Notes under the pieces: model-generated
Seen by the model: only the letters and a program-made list of their open reading frames with translations
What the model was told of the DNA's origin: nothing
The model's database searches: none
Position numbers and translations under genes: made by a program
Shown: positions 28,933 to 38,004 of the stretch, one piece after another
Position numbering within the stretch: position 1 is the stretch's first letter
Layout of the letters: every line of letters begins with the position of its first letter
Assembly: GCA_964603685.1 (NCBI GenBank)
Contig: CAZRWF010000002.1
Coordinates: forward strand, 14,667 to 78,666
DNA length: 64,000 bases
From: an uncultured Chitinophagaceae bacterium
GTDB lineage: Bacteria > Bacteroidota > Ignavibacteria > UBA10030 > UBA8401
Reading direction: 5' to 3'

Positions 28933-30282
28933 ATGGATATCATTTCGATTTTGCGCGGCATTGCCGGCGTCGGTTTCATCATCGGCGTGGCATTTCTGTT
29001 CTCCAACAACAAAAAGAATGTCAACTGGGCGTTGGTGGGAAAAGCCTTCGCGATTCAATTGGTGTTCGCCATCTTCATCATCCACAGCATCACGCTGCGC
29101 TCATGGTTTTGGCCTCTCGGATTGTTAAAAGATGTGATCGACGGTATCGGTGCGGGTGTGGTGGCGCTGTTGAATTATACGCTTGTCGGCGCACAGTTTG
29201 TGTTTGGCAACCTCGCAGTGAATTCCGGCACAAATTCTCTCGGGTTTTTCTTCGCCTTTCAGGTCCTGCCGACGATTATTTTTGTTTCCGCACTCACCTC
29301 TCTCCTCTATTATCTCGGTATCCTTCAGGCAGTGGTAAAAGTGATGGCGAAGGTGATGGTGAAAGTGCTCGGGACCAGCGGTGCGGAATCCCTCTCTAAC
29401 ACGGCAAATATTTTTGTCGGACAAACCGAAGCCCCGTTGTTAATCCGGCCCTATATCGGCACCATGACCAATTCCGAAGTGCTGACAGTGATGGTCGGCG
29501 GTATGGCGACGATCGCCGGCGGAGTGATGGCAAGTTATATACAAATGCTCGGACAATCGTTCGCGGAAGCGCACAACATTCCGTTGGCAGAAGCGCAGTT
29601 GAAGTTTGCGGTGCAACTTTTGGCCGCGAGCACCATGGCGGCCCCCGCCTCCCTGGCAATTTCGAAAATTATTTATCCGGAAATGGAAGAACCCAAAACC
29701 AAAGGGACCGTAAAACTGGAAGTGGAAAAAAATGCTTCCAATGTGATCGAAGCGGCGGCAACGGGAGCGTCGGACGGACTGCAGTTGGCGCTGAATGTCG
29801 GCGGCATGTTGCTGGCTTTCATCGCTTTGATCGCCATGTTCAACGGAATTCTCGGTTATGTCGGCGATATCACGGGCCTGAATGCGTATCTCCAGGCAAA
29901 TTTTCAGCAGACATTGTCCATGCAGTTCTTGTTCGGTTCCATTCTGCAGTTTGTCGCCTTTGCGATCGGCGTGCCGTGGAACGACGCATTCCATTTCGGA
30001 AGTTTGTTGGGGACAAAAATTGTTCTCAATGAATTCGTCGCCTACCTTGATCTTGCCGCATTGCTCAAAACAGGTGTGATGAGCGAAAAAGGGGTGATGA
30101 TGGCAACATATGCGTTGTGCGGATTTGCCAATTTTTCTTCGATTGCGATCCAGCTCGGGGGAATTTCACCGATGGCCCCTCATCGCCGGAAGGATATTGC
30201 AGCGCTCGGATTACGCGCTGTTCTCGGCGGCGTGTTGTCCACACTGATGACGGCGACTATTGCCGGAATATTGGTCGGCTAA
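28933..30282 (+). CDS. nupC: NupC/NupG-family concentrative nucleoside transporter
   Basis: 449 aa, polytopic, with conserved CNT-family stretches as I recall them (ANIFVGQTEAPLLIRPY, TMTNSE, GGMATIAGGV, CGFANFSSIAIQLGG). Confidence 0.92.
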   Translation: MDIISILRGIAGVGFIIGVAFLFSNNKKNVNWALVGKAFAIQLVFAIFIIHSITLRSWFWPLGLLKDVIDGIGAGVVALLNYTLVGAQFVFGNLAVNSGTNSLGFFFAFQVLPTIIFVSALTSLLYYLGILQAVVKVMAKVMVKVLGTSGAESLSNTANIFVGQTEAPLLIRPYIGTMTNSEVLTVMVGGMATIAGGVMASYIQMLGQSFAEAHNIPLAEAQLKFAVQLLAASTMAAPASLAISKIIYPEMEEPKTKGTVKLEVEKNASNVIEAAATGASDGLQLALNVGGMLLAFIALIAMFNGILGYVGDITGLNAYLQANFQQTLSMQFLFGSILQFVAFAIGVPWNDAFHFGSLLGTKIVLNEFVAYLDLAALLKTGVMSEKGVMMATYALCGFANFSSIAIQLGGISPMAPHRRKDIAALGLRAVLGGVLSTLMTATIAGILVG

Positions 30283-31163
30283 TGCAGCGAACGGCGGAAA
30301 AGTCGATCTCTCGCGACAAATTGATGAACAATGTTATGACCGATATTCACCGATCAGTGGAATTTCTTCGAACTACATCGGCGGCGCAACCGCGCATCGC
30401 CGTGGTGCTCGGATCCGGGCTGGGAGATTTTGCCCAATTATTGTCGCGGACGACCACGGTGGCAACGGCGGACATTCCGGATTATCCGGTCTCCACCGTC
30501 CATGGTCATGAGGGAAAGATTATTTTCGGACGATTGGAGAATCGCGGCCGAACCTCCCTTCCGCTGATGGTATTTCAAGGCCGGGTGCATCTCTATGAAT
30601 CGAACGACATCCGGAAAGTGGTCTATCCTATCCACACCGCCGCAGCGATGGGAGCGGAATATGTGATCGTGACGAACGCTGCCGGCGGGATCAACCGCCA
30701 TTTCGAACCGGGGACGTTGATGTTTATTAATGATTTGATCAACCTCACCGGTGAAAGCCCCCTTCGCGGATCTCCGGGGATCAATTCCATCCTTCACCGT
30801 CGAACAACGCCGATCGTCGATCCGGAATTGCTGCGGCGCGCGAAAGTGATCGCAACGGAAAACGGGATTATGACGCGGGAAGGGGTCTATTGCTGGACCA
30901 AAGGGCCGACGTACGAAACGGCAGCGGAGATTCGCATGATGGAATCGTTGGGGGCCGATGCCGTCGGAATGTCGACGGTCCCCGAAATGCTCGTGGCACA
31001 TCAGAGCGGAATGAAAGTGCTCGGTATTTCGTGCATCACGAATATGGCTACGGGAATTTCCGCCACAAAATTATCGCATGATGAAGTAACGGAAACGGCT
31101 AACCGTGTGAAACAACAATTCACCACGCTCGTGAGTGAAATTCTTTTCGACCTTTCCCGATAA
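30282..31163 (+). CDS. punA: purine nucleoside phosphorylase (trimeric PNP/PunA type)
   Basis: Start moved to the ATG at 30282 (TAATG with the nupC stop); the track start at 30117 lies inside nupC. Motifs VLGSGLG, GRVHLYE, TNAAGG, VGMSTVPE. Confidence 0.9.
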   Translation: MQRTAEKSISRDKLMNNVMTDIHRSVEFLRTTSAAQPRIAVVLGSGLGDFAQLLSRTTTVATADIPDYPVSTVHGHEGKIIFGRLENRGRTSLPLMVFQGRVHLYESNDIRKVVYPIHTAAAMGAEYVIVTNAAGGINRHFEPGTLMFINDLINLTGESPLRGSPGINSILHRRTTPIVDPELLRRAKVIATENGIMTREGVYCWTKGPTYETAAEIRMMESLGADAVGMSTVPEMLVAHQSGMKVLGISCITNMATGISATKLSHDEVTETANRVKQQFTTLVSEILFDLSR

Positions 31164-31165
31164 TC

Positions 31166-31585
31166 CTACCGGAACACGTGGTATAACATCACGTAGATCG
31201 CCACTCCGGTGATCGACACATACACCCAGATCGGAAATGTCTTCTTCGCCAGCCGTTTGTGCCTCTCGAAATCGCCTCGGAGCGCCCGATAGATCGTCAC
31301 CACCGCCATCGGCGGAACCACGGCAGCGAGGATGATGTGGCTGATTAAAATGAAGAAATAGACCGGCCTGCTCCACCCTTCTCCCGTAAACGGTACGGAT
31401 CCGACATTGGCATGATAGACGAGGTAGCTGATCAAAAACAAACCGGAGGTGACAAATGCGGCGATCATCGAACGTTTGTGATAGTCCCGTTTGCCGGCTT
31501 TGATAAAGCGATACCCCATGATCAAAAAGAAAAAACTGATCATGTTGAGCACGGCATTGAGCGTAGAAAGATCTTCGAATTTCAT
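31166..31585 (-). CDS. DUF420 membrane protein (CtaM-like, haem-copper oxidase associated)
   Basis: 139 aa, four TM segments, LNAVLN...ILSH..LA pattern typical of DUF420; its ATG overlaps the ctaB stop. Confidence 0.8.
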   Translation of the reverse strand: MKFEDLSTLNAVLNMISFFFLIMGYRFIKAGKRDYHKRSMIAAFVTSGLFLISYLVYHANVGSVPFTGEGWSRPVYFFILISHIILAAVVPPMAVVTIYRALRGDFERHKRLAKKTFPIWVYVSITGVAIYVMLYHVFR

Positions 31586-32508
31586 TGCGGTGATTTACAG
31601 ATTATCATGGCGGAAAAGATGATCGGCAGGTAGAACAACGACGCGAAGAACAACCGTCTGGCCGAAGCCCCGGAGGGGTCAACGGACATACCGGTGGAAA
31701 ATTGAATGCCGAACCACAAAAAAAGAGCGCCGACTGCACCGGCGACGGGAACATACTCCCAAGTAACAATTCCGACCAATGCGGGTGTCAGTCCGACGAA
31801 GAGCAAAATCGTTTGATACAGAAGTATCTGACGGGCGAGTTTCGCACCCGAAAGGTCCACCGTCGTCAATAATCGGAATCCCGCCTTCGCATAATCATTG
31901 CGATAAATCCAGGCGATCGAATAAAAGTGCGGCATCTGCCAGTAAAAAAGGATGGCAAACAGCGAGAGGGATTGATAGGACAGTGCATTGTCGATCGCCG
32001 CCCATCCGATCAATGTCGGAAGTGCACCCGGAATCGCGCCGATGATGGTGGAAAGTGTTGATATTCTTTTCAGCGGTGTGTATAAAAAAATGTAGGTCAC
32101 GAGCGTGCCGATTGCCAAAAGGCCCGTCAACGTATTGATCGTCCACAACATCACCGCACCGGCAATGGAAATGACAACACCGAAAATCAACGCTTCGATC
32201 GGCGAGACTCTTTCGTCCGGCACCGGACGTTTTTCCGTTCGTTTCATCAGCCGGTCGAATTCCCGTTCGACGTATTGATTGAGTGCACCCGAACCGCCGC
32301 CGACCAGCAACGTCCCCAACGCCAAGAGAGGAAAGACAGTCCATTGTACATTCACGGGCGTAGTGATCGCCAAATATGCGGAACTGAGAGAAGTAAACAC
32401 GGAGAGAATCGTCAATTCCGGTTTCATCAGCAGCCACAGATCGCGGGCGAATGTTGGTAGAGAACGGCGATCACCGTCCGAATGTTGTATCGTACCGGGG
32501 GTTGTCAT
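31582..32508 (-). CDS. ctaB: protohaem IX farnesyltransferase (haem O synthase)
   Basis: Start moved to the ATG at 32508 (MTTPGTIQHS...), overlapping the ctaA stop (ATGA); the track start at 32775 lies inside ctaA. UbiA-type motifs GGSGALNQYVEREFDRLMKRT and polytopic topology. Confidence 0.9.
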   Translation of the reverse strand: MTTPGTIQHSDGDRRSLPTFARDLWLLMKPELTILSVFTSLSSAYLAITTPVNVQWTVFPLLALGTLLVGGGSGALNQYVEREFDRLMKRTEKRPVPDERVSPIEALIFGVVISIAGAVMLWTINTLTGLLAIGTLVTYIFLYTPLKRISTLSTIIGAIPGALPTLIGWAAIDNALSYQSLSLFAILFYWQMPHFYSIAWIYRNDYAKAGFRLLTTVDLSGAKLARQILLYQTILLFVGLTPALVGIVTWEYVPVAGAVGALFLWFGIQFSTGMSVDPSGASARRLFFASLFYLPIIFSAMIICKSPQ

Positions 32509-33515
32509 CCGTTCCTCATCGCCGACCATCGAAGCCGGATGATCTGAATCGTCGTGATGACGCAGGTGACAAGTACCAGCGCACCGATCACCACATGGAG
32601 TGACGTGATGATGTACTCTTTTCGTGTCAACACGGTGAATATTCCCAAACAGAATTGTATTAAAACAAAAATGATCAACAATCGGCCGTTGCGCTGTACG
32701 GACACCGGGAGCGACGTCGACCGTCCTATGGCATAACCGGCGTACGAGACAATTCCCGCGACAATGAAGGCCCAATAACGATGGATGAGATGAATGCTAA
32801 TCTGAAACGCCGATGCCGGCGTGTCCCCCGGCCATTTTATTCCTCGCGATATCAGTTCACGATGGTAACCGGCCAGCGCCTCTTCGGACAAATCCGGAAA
32901 CAAACCTCCGTACGCCAATGGAAAGTCCGGTACGGATAATCCTGAATACGTATGACGCAACAGAGCGCCGAACGCCAATTGCAGGAAAACCGCTCCGGTT
33001 GCGATTCCGGCGAATGTCCGCAATCGGGTCAATTCCGTTACCGATCCGGACGGAAAATCCTGCTGCCACCAGCGGGACGTAAATAATGCGATGGCAGCGA
33101 CGAGACAAAAGAACGTTTGCGCAAGCATGCCGTGCGCCATGGAGACGGCGGTCGGAAGAAGAAACAGGACCGTGATCCCTCCCAGAATTCCTTGCACAAT
33201 TACGGCTGCCAACGCCGCATAGCCGGCGTTGCGAACCCAACGCCGTGGTTCGGAAATTCCGAGCCATACGGCCAAAATAAGGGTGACAAAACCAACGAAC
33301 GAAGCGACCAACCGGTGGCCATGTTCATATTTTATTCCTCCGACCCATTTGTCGATCGGATACGTGAACATGTTCTCGCCGTACGTCGTCGGCCAATCCG
33401 GAACGGCAAGTCCGGAATTGGTGCTCGTCACCAATCCTCCGATAAAAATCAGGACGAATGTGCTGAACGCCGTGAATAATGCAAATCGATGCAAGGAAGA
33501 ATTTTTCATGGACAT
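32505..33515 (-). CDS. ctaA: haem A synthase (CtaA/COX15 family)
   Basis: Start moved to the ATG at 33515 (MSMKNSSLHRFALFTAF...; another ATG at 33509). COX15 signatures GGLVTSTNSGLAVPDWPTTYG and conserved His pairs (EHGHR, MAHG, IHLIHR, LHVV). Confidence 0.85.
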   Translation of the reverse strand: MSMKNSSLHRFALFTAFSTFVLIFIGGLVTSTNSGLAVPDWPTTYGENMFTYPIDKWVGGIKYEHGHRLVASFVGFVTLILAVWLGISEPRRWVRNAGYAALAAVIVQGILGGITVLFLLPTAVSMAHGMLAQTFFCLVAAIALFTSRWWQQDFPSGSVTELTRLRTFAGIATGAVFLQLAFGALLRHTYSGLSVPDFPLAYGGLFPDLSEEALAGYHRELISRGIKWPGDTPASAFQISIHLIHRYWAFIVAGIVSYAGYAIGRSTSLPVSVQRNGRLLIIFVLIQFCLGIFTVLTRKEYIITSLHVVIGALVLVTCVITTIQIIRLRWSAMRNG

Positions 33516-33572
33516 TTTCGAAACGTGTGTGGAAAAATATACGACTTTTTCACGGGGAATCACAGCCAAACC

Positions 33573-33601
33573 TTGATTCCGCTGCGAAGGTTCGGTACAT
33601 T
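33573..33601 (+). promoter_or_regulatory. candidate promoter of the TolB/M28/PDZ peptidase gene
   Basis: TTGATT (33573..33578), 17 nt, TACATT (33596..33601); 29 nt before the ATG, with a GGAG SD in between. Confidence 0.4.
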
Positions 33602-33630
33602 CCTTACCATGTCTCACTAACGGAGTTCTC

Positions 33631-36354
33631 ATGAAACTGATGTTGCTTCTTCTCCTTCTTACCGCGTCACTCTCTTCACAAACCGAACGATATTTTTCCT
33701 CGATCAAGCAGATCACCAGTGGCGGCTCGAACGCCGAGGCATATTTTTCCGCCGACGGGAAACAATTGATCTATCAAGCAACGAAAGGAAAATATTTATG
33801 CGATCAGATTTTCATCATGAACGTCGACGGTTCCGGGAACCGGCTGGTCAGCACCGGTGACGGCCGGACGACCTGCGGATATTTTTTCCCGGACGGTCAA
33901 CGGATCGTCTACGCGTCCACGCATGATGATGACGACGATTGCCCTCCGCCGCCCGACCGCTCCAAAGGATATGTGTGGGGCGTATTTAATGCCTATGATA
34001 TTTACGTCGCGAATGCCGACGGTTCGAAACCGAAAAAACTTGCAGCGTCGAAAGGATACGATGCCGAAGCGACCATTTCTCCGGACGGCAAACAGATCGT
34101 TTTTACCTCCTCGCGGGATGGTGATCTCGAATTATATATCATGAATGCGGATGGATCGAACGTCCGCCGGTTAACGTTTGACAAAGGGTATGACGGTGGC
34201 GCATTTTTCTCACCGGACGGGAAACAGATTGTTTATCGTGCATATCACCCGACCGATTCTGCAGAAATTGCTGAAGGAGAACAATTGCTGGCGCAACAAT
34301 TGGTCAAACCGGCAAAAATGGAATTGTTCATCATCAATGCGGACGGCAGCGGTAAACGCAAAATTACGAACAACGGTGCCGCAAACTTTGCACCGTTCTT
34401 CACTCCCGACGGAAACAGAATCATTTTTTCCAGCAATATGAACGATCCGAAAGGGTATAATTTTGATCTCTTTTTGATCGGTGTGGACGGCACGAACCTC
34501 CGTCAAGTAACCCACTCCCCCTCCTTCGACGGTTTTCCCATGTTCTCACCCGATGGAAAAAAACTCGTGTTCGTTTCCGGACGTAATGCCGCCAGCAGGC
34601 ATGAATTCAACATTTTTCTCGCCGATTGGAAGGAAGATGAAACGGCCGGTAATCTCAAAAATCATGTCGCGACACTCGCTTCCGATGAATGGGAAGGCCG
34701 CGGAACGGGTGAACGCGGAAATCGTGCCGCCGCAGAATATATCGCACAGAAATTTTCCGCGTACGGTCTGGTACCGGCCGGCGACAACGGTACATTTTTC
34801 CAGGAATTCGACGTGGTCAAAAGTTTACAGATCGGTAAAAATAATATTCTTACCGTTCAACAAGGAAAGAAAAAAACATCATATACCGTAGAGCAGGACT
34901 TTGTTCCGGTCGGATTTTCCGCGTCGGCAACAGTTTCAGGACCTGTTGTGTTTGCCGGCTACGGAATGACGGTGGATTCAACCTATGACGATTATGCCTC
35001 CGTCGATGCAAAAGAAAAAATCGTCATTGCGCTCCGCTATTCGCCGGACGGTGATAATCCGCATTCCAAATACGTAAAACAATCGGCATTGCGGTATAAG
35101 GCGATGCGTGCGCGCGAAATGGGAGCCAAGGCGTTGATCCTGGTGACGTCGACGGCCGATGATTCCGCCGATGTGTTAATGAAATTGAAATACGACAATT
35201 CCTTCAGCGACGCCGGAATTCCCGTTCTCTCCGCCAGCCGGAAACTCGTCAATGCGTGGCTCGCTCCGCAAAAAATGAACATCGACTCACTCCGCGCAAA
35301 GATCGTCCGAACGGCGAAACCGGCATCGATCGCCCTGAAAAATTGCGTCGTTTCCCTCTCGACGGAGGTGATTCCGGTGAAAGCAAAAACGGCAAATGTC
35401 ATCGGCATGCTCAAAGTGAACGATCATCCAGAACACCTCATCCTCGGCGCCCATTTCGACCATTTAGGTTTCGGCGGGATCGGATCGGGATCGCTTGATC
35501 CGAACAGCAACGAGATTCATAACGGTGCGGACGACAATGCGTCGGGAACATCCGTGGTGATCGAACTCGCCAAACGCTTGGGCGAATACCGGTCCGTGTT
35601 GCGGCGTAATATTCTCTTTATGGCCTTCTCCGGCGAAGAGATGGGTCTGCTCGGATCGGCCTATTATACGAAACACCCGACCTCCCCTCTTTCTCACGCC
35701 GTCACAATGGTGAACTTCGACATGGTGGGACGGCTTAAAGAACGTGCGTTGACCGTACAAGGGACCGGGACCTCTTCCGGCTGGGAAGCGATGTTAAAAA
35801 AACAAAACAGCGATTCGACGTTTCATTTAAAATTCGTGAAGGACGGTTTCGGTCCCAGCGACCATTCTTCTTTCTATGCACAGAATATCCCGGTGTTGTT
35901 CTTTTTCACCGGCATTCATGATGATTATCATAAACCGTCGGATGATGCCGGGAAGATCAACTACGAAGGAATGGAATCGATCCTCCATTTTGCGTCGAAC
36001 ATCGCGATTGCGATCGATACCGCTTCTGCCCGCCCCGATTTCCAGAAGACACAATCGCAGGATCAAGGGGGAATGCGGCAGGGATTCCGCGTGTATGTCG
36101 GTACGATTCCGGACTATTCCGAAGACGCTAACGGCATGTTGATCTCCGGCGTGCGCGAGAACAGCCCGGCCGCAAAATCCGGATTACAGAAAGGGGATGT
36201 GATCATCAAATTCGGAAAGCATGACATTAAAAATGTTTATGACTACACCTATGCTCTGCAGGAATATAAACCGGGAGATGTGATCGAAGTGCGCTTTATA
36301 CGCAATAAAACGGAGACGATCACCGCTACCATGACATTGGAAAAGCGAAATTAA
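33631..36354 (+). CDS. secreted multidomain peptidase: TolB-like beta-propeller + PA domain + M28 aminopeptidase + C-terminal PDZ
   Basis: 907 aa. Signal peptide MKLMLLLLLLTASLSSQ. Six PD40-type repeats (FSADGKQLIY, FFPDGQRIVY, ISPDGKQIVF, FSPDGKQIVY, FTPDGNRIIF, FSPDGKKLVF). M28 metal-ligand motifs (HFDHLG, GADDNASGTSVVIELA, FSGEEMGLLGS, DHSSF). PDZ segment (GVRENSPAAKSGLQKGDVIIKFG). Confidence 0.85.
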   Translation: MKLMLLLLLLTASLSSQTERYFSSIKQITSGGSNAEAYFSADGKQLIYQATKGKYLCDQIFIMNVDGSGNRLVSTGDGRTTCGYFFPDGQRIVYASTHDDDDDCPPPPDRSKGYVWGVFNAYDIYVANADGSKPKKLAASKGYDAEATISPDGKQIVFTSSRDGDLELYIMNADGSNVRRLTFDKGYDGGAFFSPDGKQIVYRAYHPTDSAEIAEGEQLLAQQLVKPAKMELFIINADGSGKRKITNNGAANFAPFFTPDGNRIIFSSNMNDPKGYNFDLFLIGVDGTNLRQVTHSPSFDGFPMFSPDGKKLVFVSGRNAASRHEFNIFLADWKEDETAGNLKNHVATLASDEWEGRGTGERGNRAAAEYIAQKFSAYGLVPAGDNGTFFQEFDVVKSLQIGKNNILTVQQGKKKTSYTVEQDFVPVGFSASATVSGPVVFAGYGMTVDSTYDDYASVDAKEKIVIALRYSPDGDNPHSKYVKQSALRYKAMRAREMGAKALILVTSTADDSADVLMKLKYDNSFSDAGIPVLSASRKLVNAWLAPQKMNIDSLRAKIVRTAKPASIALKNCVVSLSTEVIPVKAKTANVIGMLKVNDHPEHLILGAHFDHLGFGGIGSGSLDPNSNEIHNGADDNASGTSVVIELAKRLGEYRSVLRRNILFMAFSGEEMGLLGSAYYTKHPTSPLSHAVTMVNFDMVGRLKERALTVQGTGTSSGWEAMLKKQNSDSTFHLKFVKDGFGPSDHSSFYAQNIPVLFFFTGIHDDYHKPSDDAGKINYEGMESILHFASNIAIAIDTASARPDFQKTQSQDQGGMRQGFRVYVGTIPDYSEDANGMLISGVRENSPAAKSGLQKGDVIIKFGKHDIKNVYDYTYALQEYKPGDVIEVRFIRNKTETITATMTLEKRN

Positions 36355-36371
36355 TTGCCGTGTGGCGAAAC

Positions 36372-36405
36372 AAAAAAAAAGGACGCATCAGCGTCCTTTT
36401 TTTTT
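36372..36405. terminator. bidirectional intrinsic terminator between the convergent peptidase and hemerythrin genes
   Basis: AAAAAAAAA-GGACGC-atca-GCGTCC-TTTTTTTTT; perfect hairpin flanked by A9 and T9. Confidence 0.8.
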
Positions 36406-36422
36406 GTCTCTCATCGATAGTT

Positions 36423-36899
36423 TTAGAGAAGTTTTTTCGCGATTTCCCGGATCTCTTCTTTGGTGCAAAATCGCTGAATCATCGGGAAGAGAATATGGTT
36501 TTCTTTGTGGATATGGTTGACCATGAGGTGCACGATCTCTTCAGCCGATTCACACAGTTCCTGGCGTGCCACGCGGTCGTCATTATTTTCCTGAATCGCT
36601 TTGATGCTGTAGTGCAGTTTTTTGTAAATTTTGGCCATCTTTGCATGATCGTCGCGCAGAACGGAGGTTGGTCCGTCAACGTACCGCTCCACGACCGGAA
36701 ACAGCGCATCTTCCTCATGCTTATTGTGGACGCGAACCTCTTCGTCCACATATTCCACCGCCTTTAAAAGCGACTTGAAGGTCTTTTCGGTATACCCCTT
36801 TTTTTTTATTTCCTGTGCGTTTTTTTTCAGAAGCTGCAGCTTGGTCAACGCTTCATCGTGTTCCTTCATCAACAACGCAATCGGATCGCGGGTGGCCAT
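36423..36899 (-). CDS. hemerythrin-like (HHE cation-binding) domain protein
   Basis: 158 aa. His/Glu ligand pattern LMKEHDE, HNKHEEDALFP, LRDDHAKM and NHIHKENHILFP spaced as in hemerythrin-like four-helix bundles. Confidence 0.8.
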   Translation of the reverse strand: MATRDPIALLMKEHDEALTKLQLLKKNAQEIKKKGYTEKTFKSLLKAVEYVDEEVRVHNKHEEDALFPVVERYVDGPTSVLRDDHAKMAKIYKKLHYSIKAIQENNDDRVARQELCESAEEIVHLMVNHIHKENHILFPMIQRFCTKEEIREIAKKLL

Positions 36900-36904
36900 G
36901 CGAA

Positions 36905-37201
36905 TTACTTCGTTTCCATATACGTGGTATACCGCGTTTTACCGTCGACGAAATCCTGCAGCAAGGCCGTCAGATCGTCGGCGGTTTGGTCTTCGCTTTC
37001 TTCGAACTTCTTATACGCAACTTCCGAATGCGCCATAAAAATCTCGGCGAAGGAATTTTGCTTCCCCCGTTGTTCATAGACCGAATAGGAAACGAACTGA
37101 TTGGTCGCGTAATGGGCCTTTAATTTTTCGACCGCCGTAAGATATTCGTTCCGTTTTCCGTCTTTTACGTCGTATTGGACGGTGAGAATGACTTTTCCCA
37201 T
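36905..37201 (-). CDS. small hypothetical protein (possibly ferredoxin-like alpha+beta barrel)
   Basis: 98 aa, 5 nt upstream of the hemerythrin gene and 18 nt after the Yip1 gene. The fold guess rests only on the beta-alpha-beta-like residue pattern. Confidence 0.6.
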   Translation of the reverse strand: MGKVILTVQYDVKDGKRNEYLTAVEKLKAHYATNQFVSYSVYEQRGKQNSFAEIFMAHSEVAYKKFEESEDQTADDLTALLQDFVDGKTRYTTYMETK

Positions 37202-37219
37202 CGAAATTGATTTCCTTTG

Positions 37220-37921
37220 CTAGATATTAAATGATGAATAAATAACGATAAATAACATTGCTACCACGGCCACCGAGAGGATCATTACCATGGCGCTGGT
37301 GACGGCGGAAAAACGATGCGCCATGCGTAAACCTTTCATGCCCAACAGCGCGCTCCACAACACACACGCTCCGTCCAACGCCAACAACGTCACCGTGATT
37401 TCCGGCTTTACTTCCAGCGCCGATGGATTGGTGGAAAACAACAATAATCCGAGAGTGCCCAATTCCAGCGGAAGGATGAAGACCACCGACAACATCACCG
37501 GGACCAGCGACCAACCGACGATGCCGTACGTTTCTTTGAACGCGGCCTTACCTTTCAACAACCGGCTGAATCCGTGTACCGTTCCGGCAAGCGCGTAAAA
37601 CATAGGAATGGCGAAAATTGCACCGACGACCGAACCGAATAACAGAAGCGGGAACAGATTGTCGAACGAATTGCCGGAGCGAAATCCCCACAACAGTGTA
37701 AAAAAAGAGCCGATGCCGAAAAACAATCCGAGGAAAAGGACGAAATTTTTATGTTCGGCAATGATCACTTTTTTGAACGCCTGTTCCGGCGATTCGATGA
37801 TGAGCCAGATCATCGAAAAAAAATCCAGATTCGGCACCCGGTCCTGCACATAACTGCCGCAAGCGCTACAGGTAACGGCAAAATCGTCATTCGAATGCTG
37901 ACAGACCGGGCAGACAATCAT
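37220..37921 (-). CDS. Yip1-family membrane protein with N-terminal zinc ribbon
   Basis: 233 aa. MIVCPVCQHSNDDFAVTCSACGSYV (CxxC...CxxC), then five TM helices in the Yip1 arrangement. Confidence 0.75.
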   Translation of the reverse strand: MIVCPVCQHSNDDFAVTCSACGSYVQDRVPNLDFFSMIWLIIESPEQAFKKVIIAEHKNFVLFLGLFFGIGSFFTLLWGFRSGNSFDNLFPLLLFGSVVGAIFAIPMFYALAGTVHGFSRLLKGKAAFKETYGIVGWSLVPVMLSVVFILPLELGTLGLLLFSTNPSALEVKPEITVTLLALDGACVLWSALLGMKGLRMAHRFSAVTSAMVMILSVAVVAMLFIVIYSSFNI

Positions 37922-37930
37922 ATGAAGAGA

Positions 37931-37959
37931 AAAATACGAAGATTTGCGCGGGCTTGCAA
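37931..37959 (-). promoter_or_regulatory. candidate promoter of the Yip1-small protein-hemerythrin operon (very short or no leader)
   Basis: Minus strand TTGCAA (37959..37954), 17 nt, TATTTT (37936..37931), then only 9 nt to the ATG at 37921. Confidence 0.3.
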
Positions 37960-38004
37960 TGAAAAACAGCGGATAATTTCACTTCGGGAACGGGAAGCAG
38001 CGAA

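Noticed and set aside
27314-31001. Minus-strand ORFs of 215, 164, 184 and 187 aa opposite the phosphoesterase, tdk-upstream, nupC and punA regions
   Set aside because: Each is nested antisense to a gene with clear family motifs. The 164-aa one (28015..28509) also spans an intergenic promoter, so it cannot be a single coding unit in a sensible operon context.
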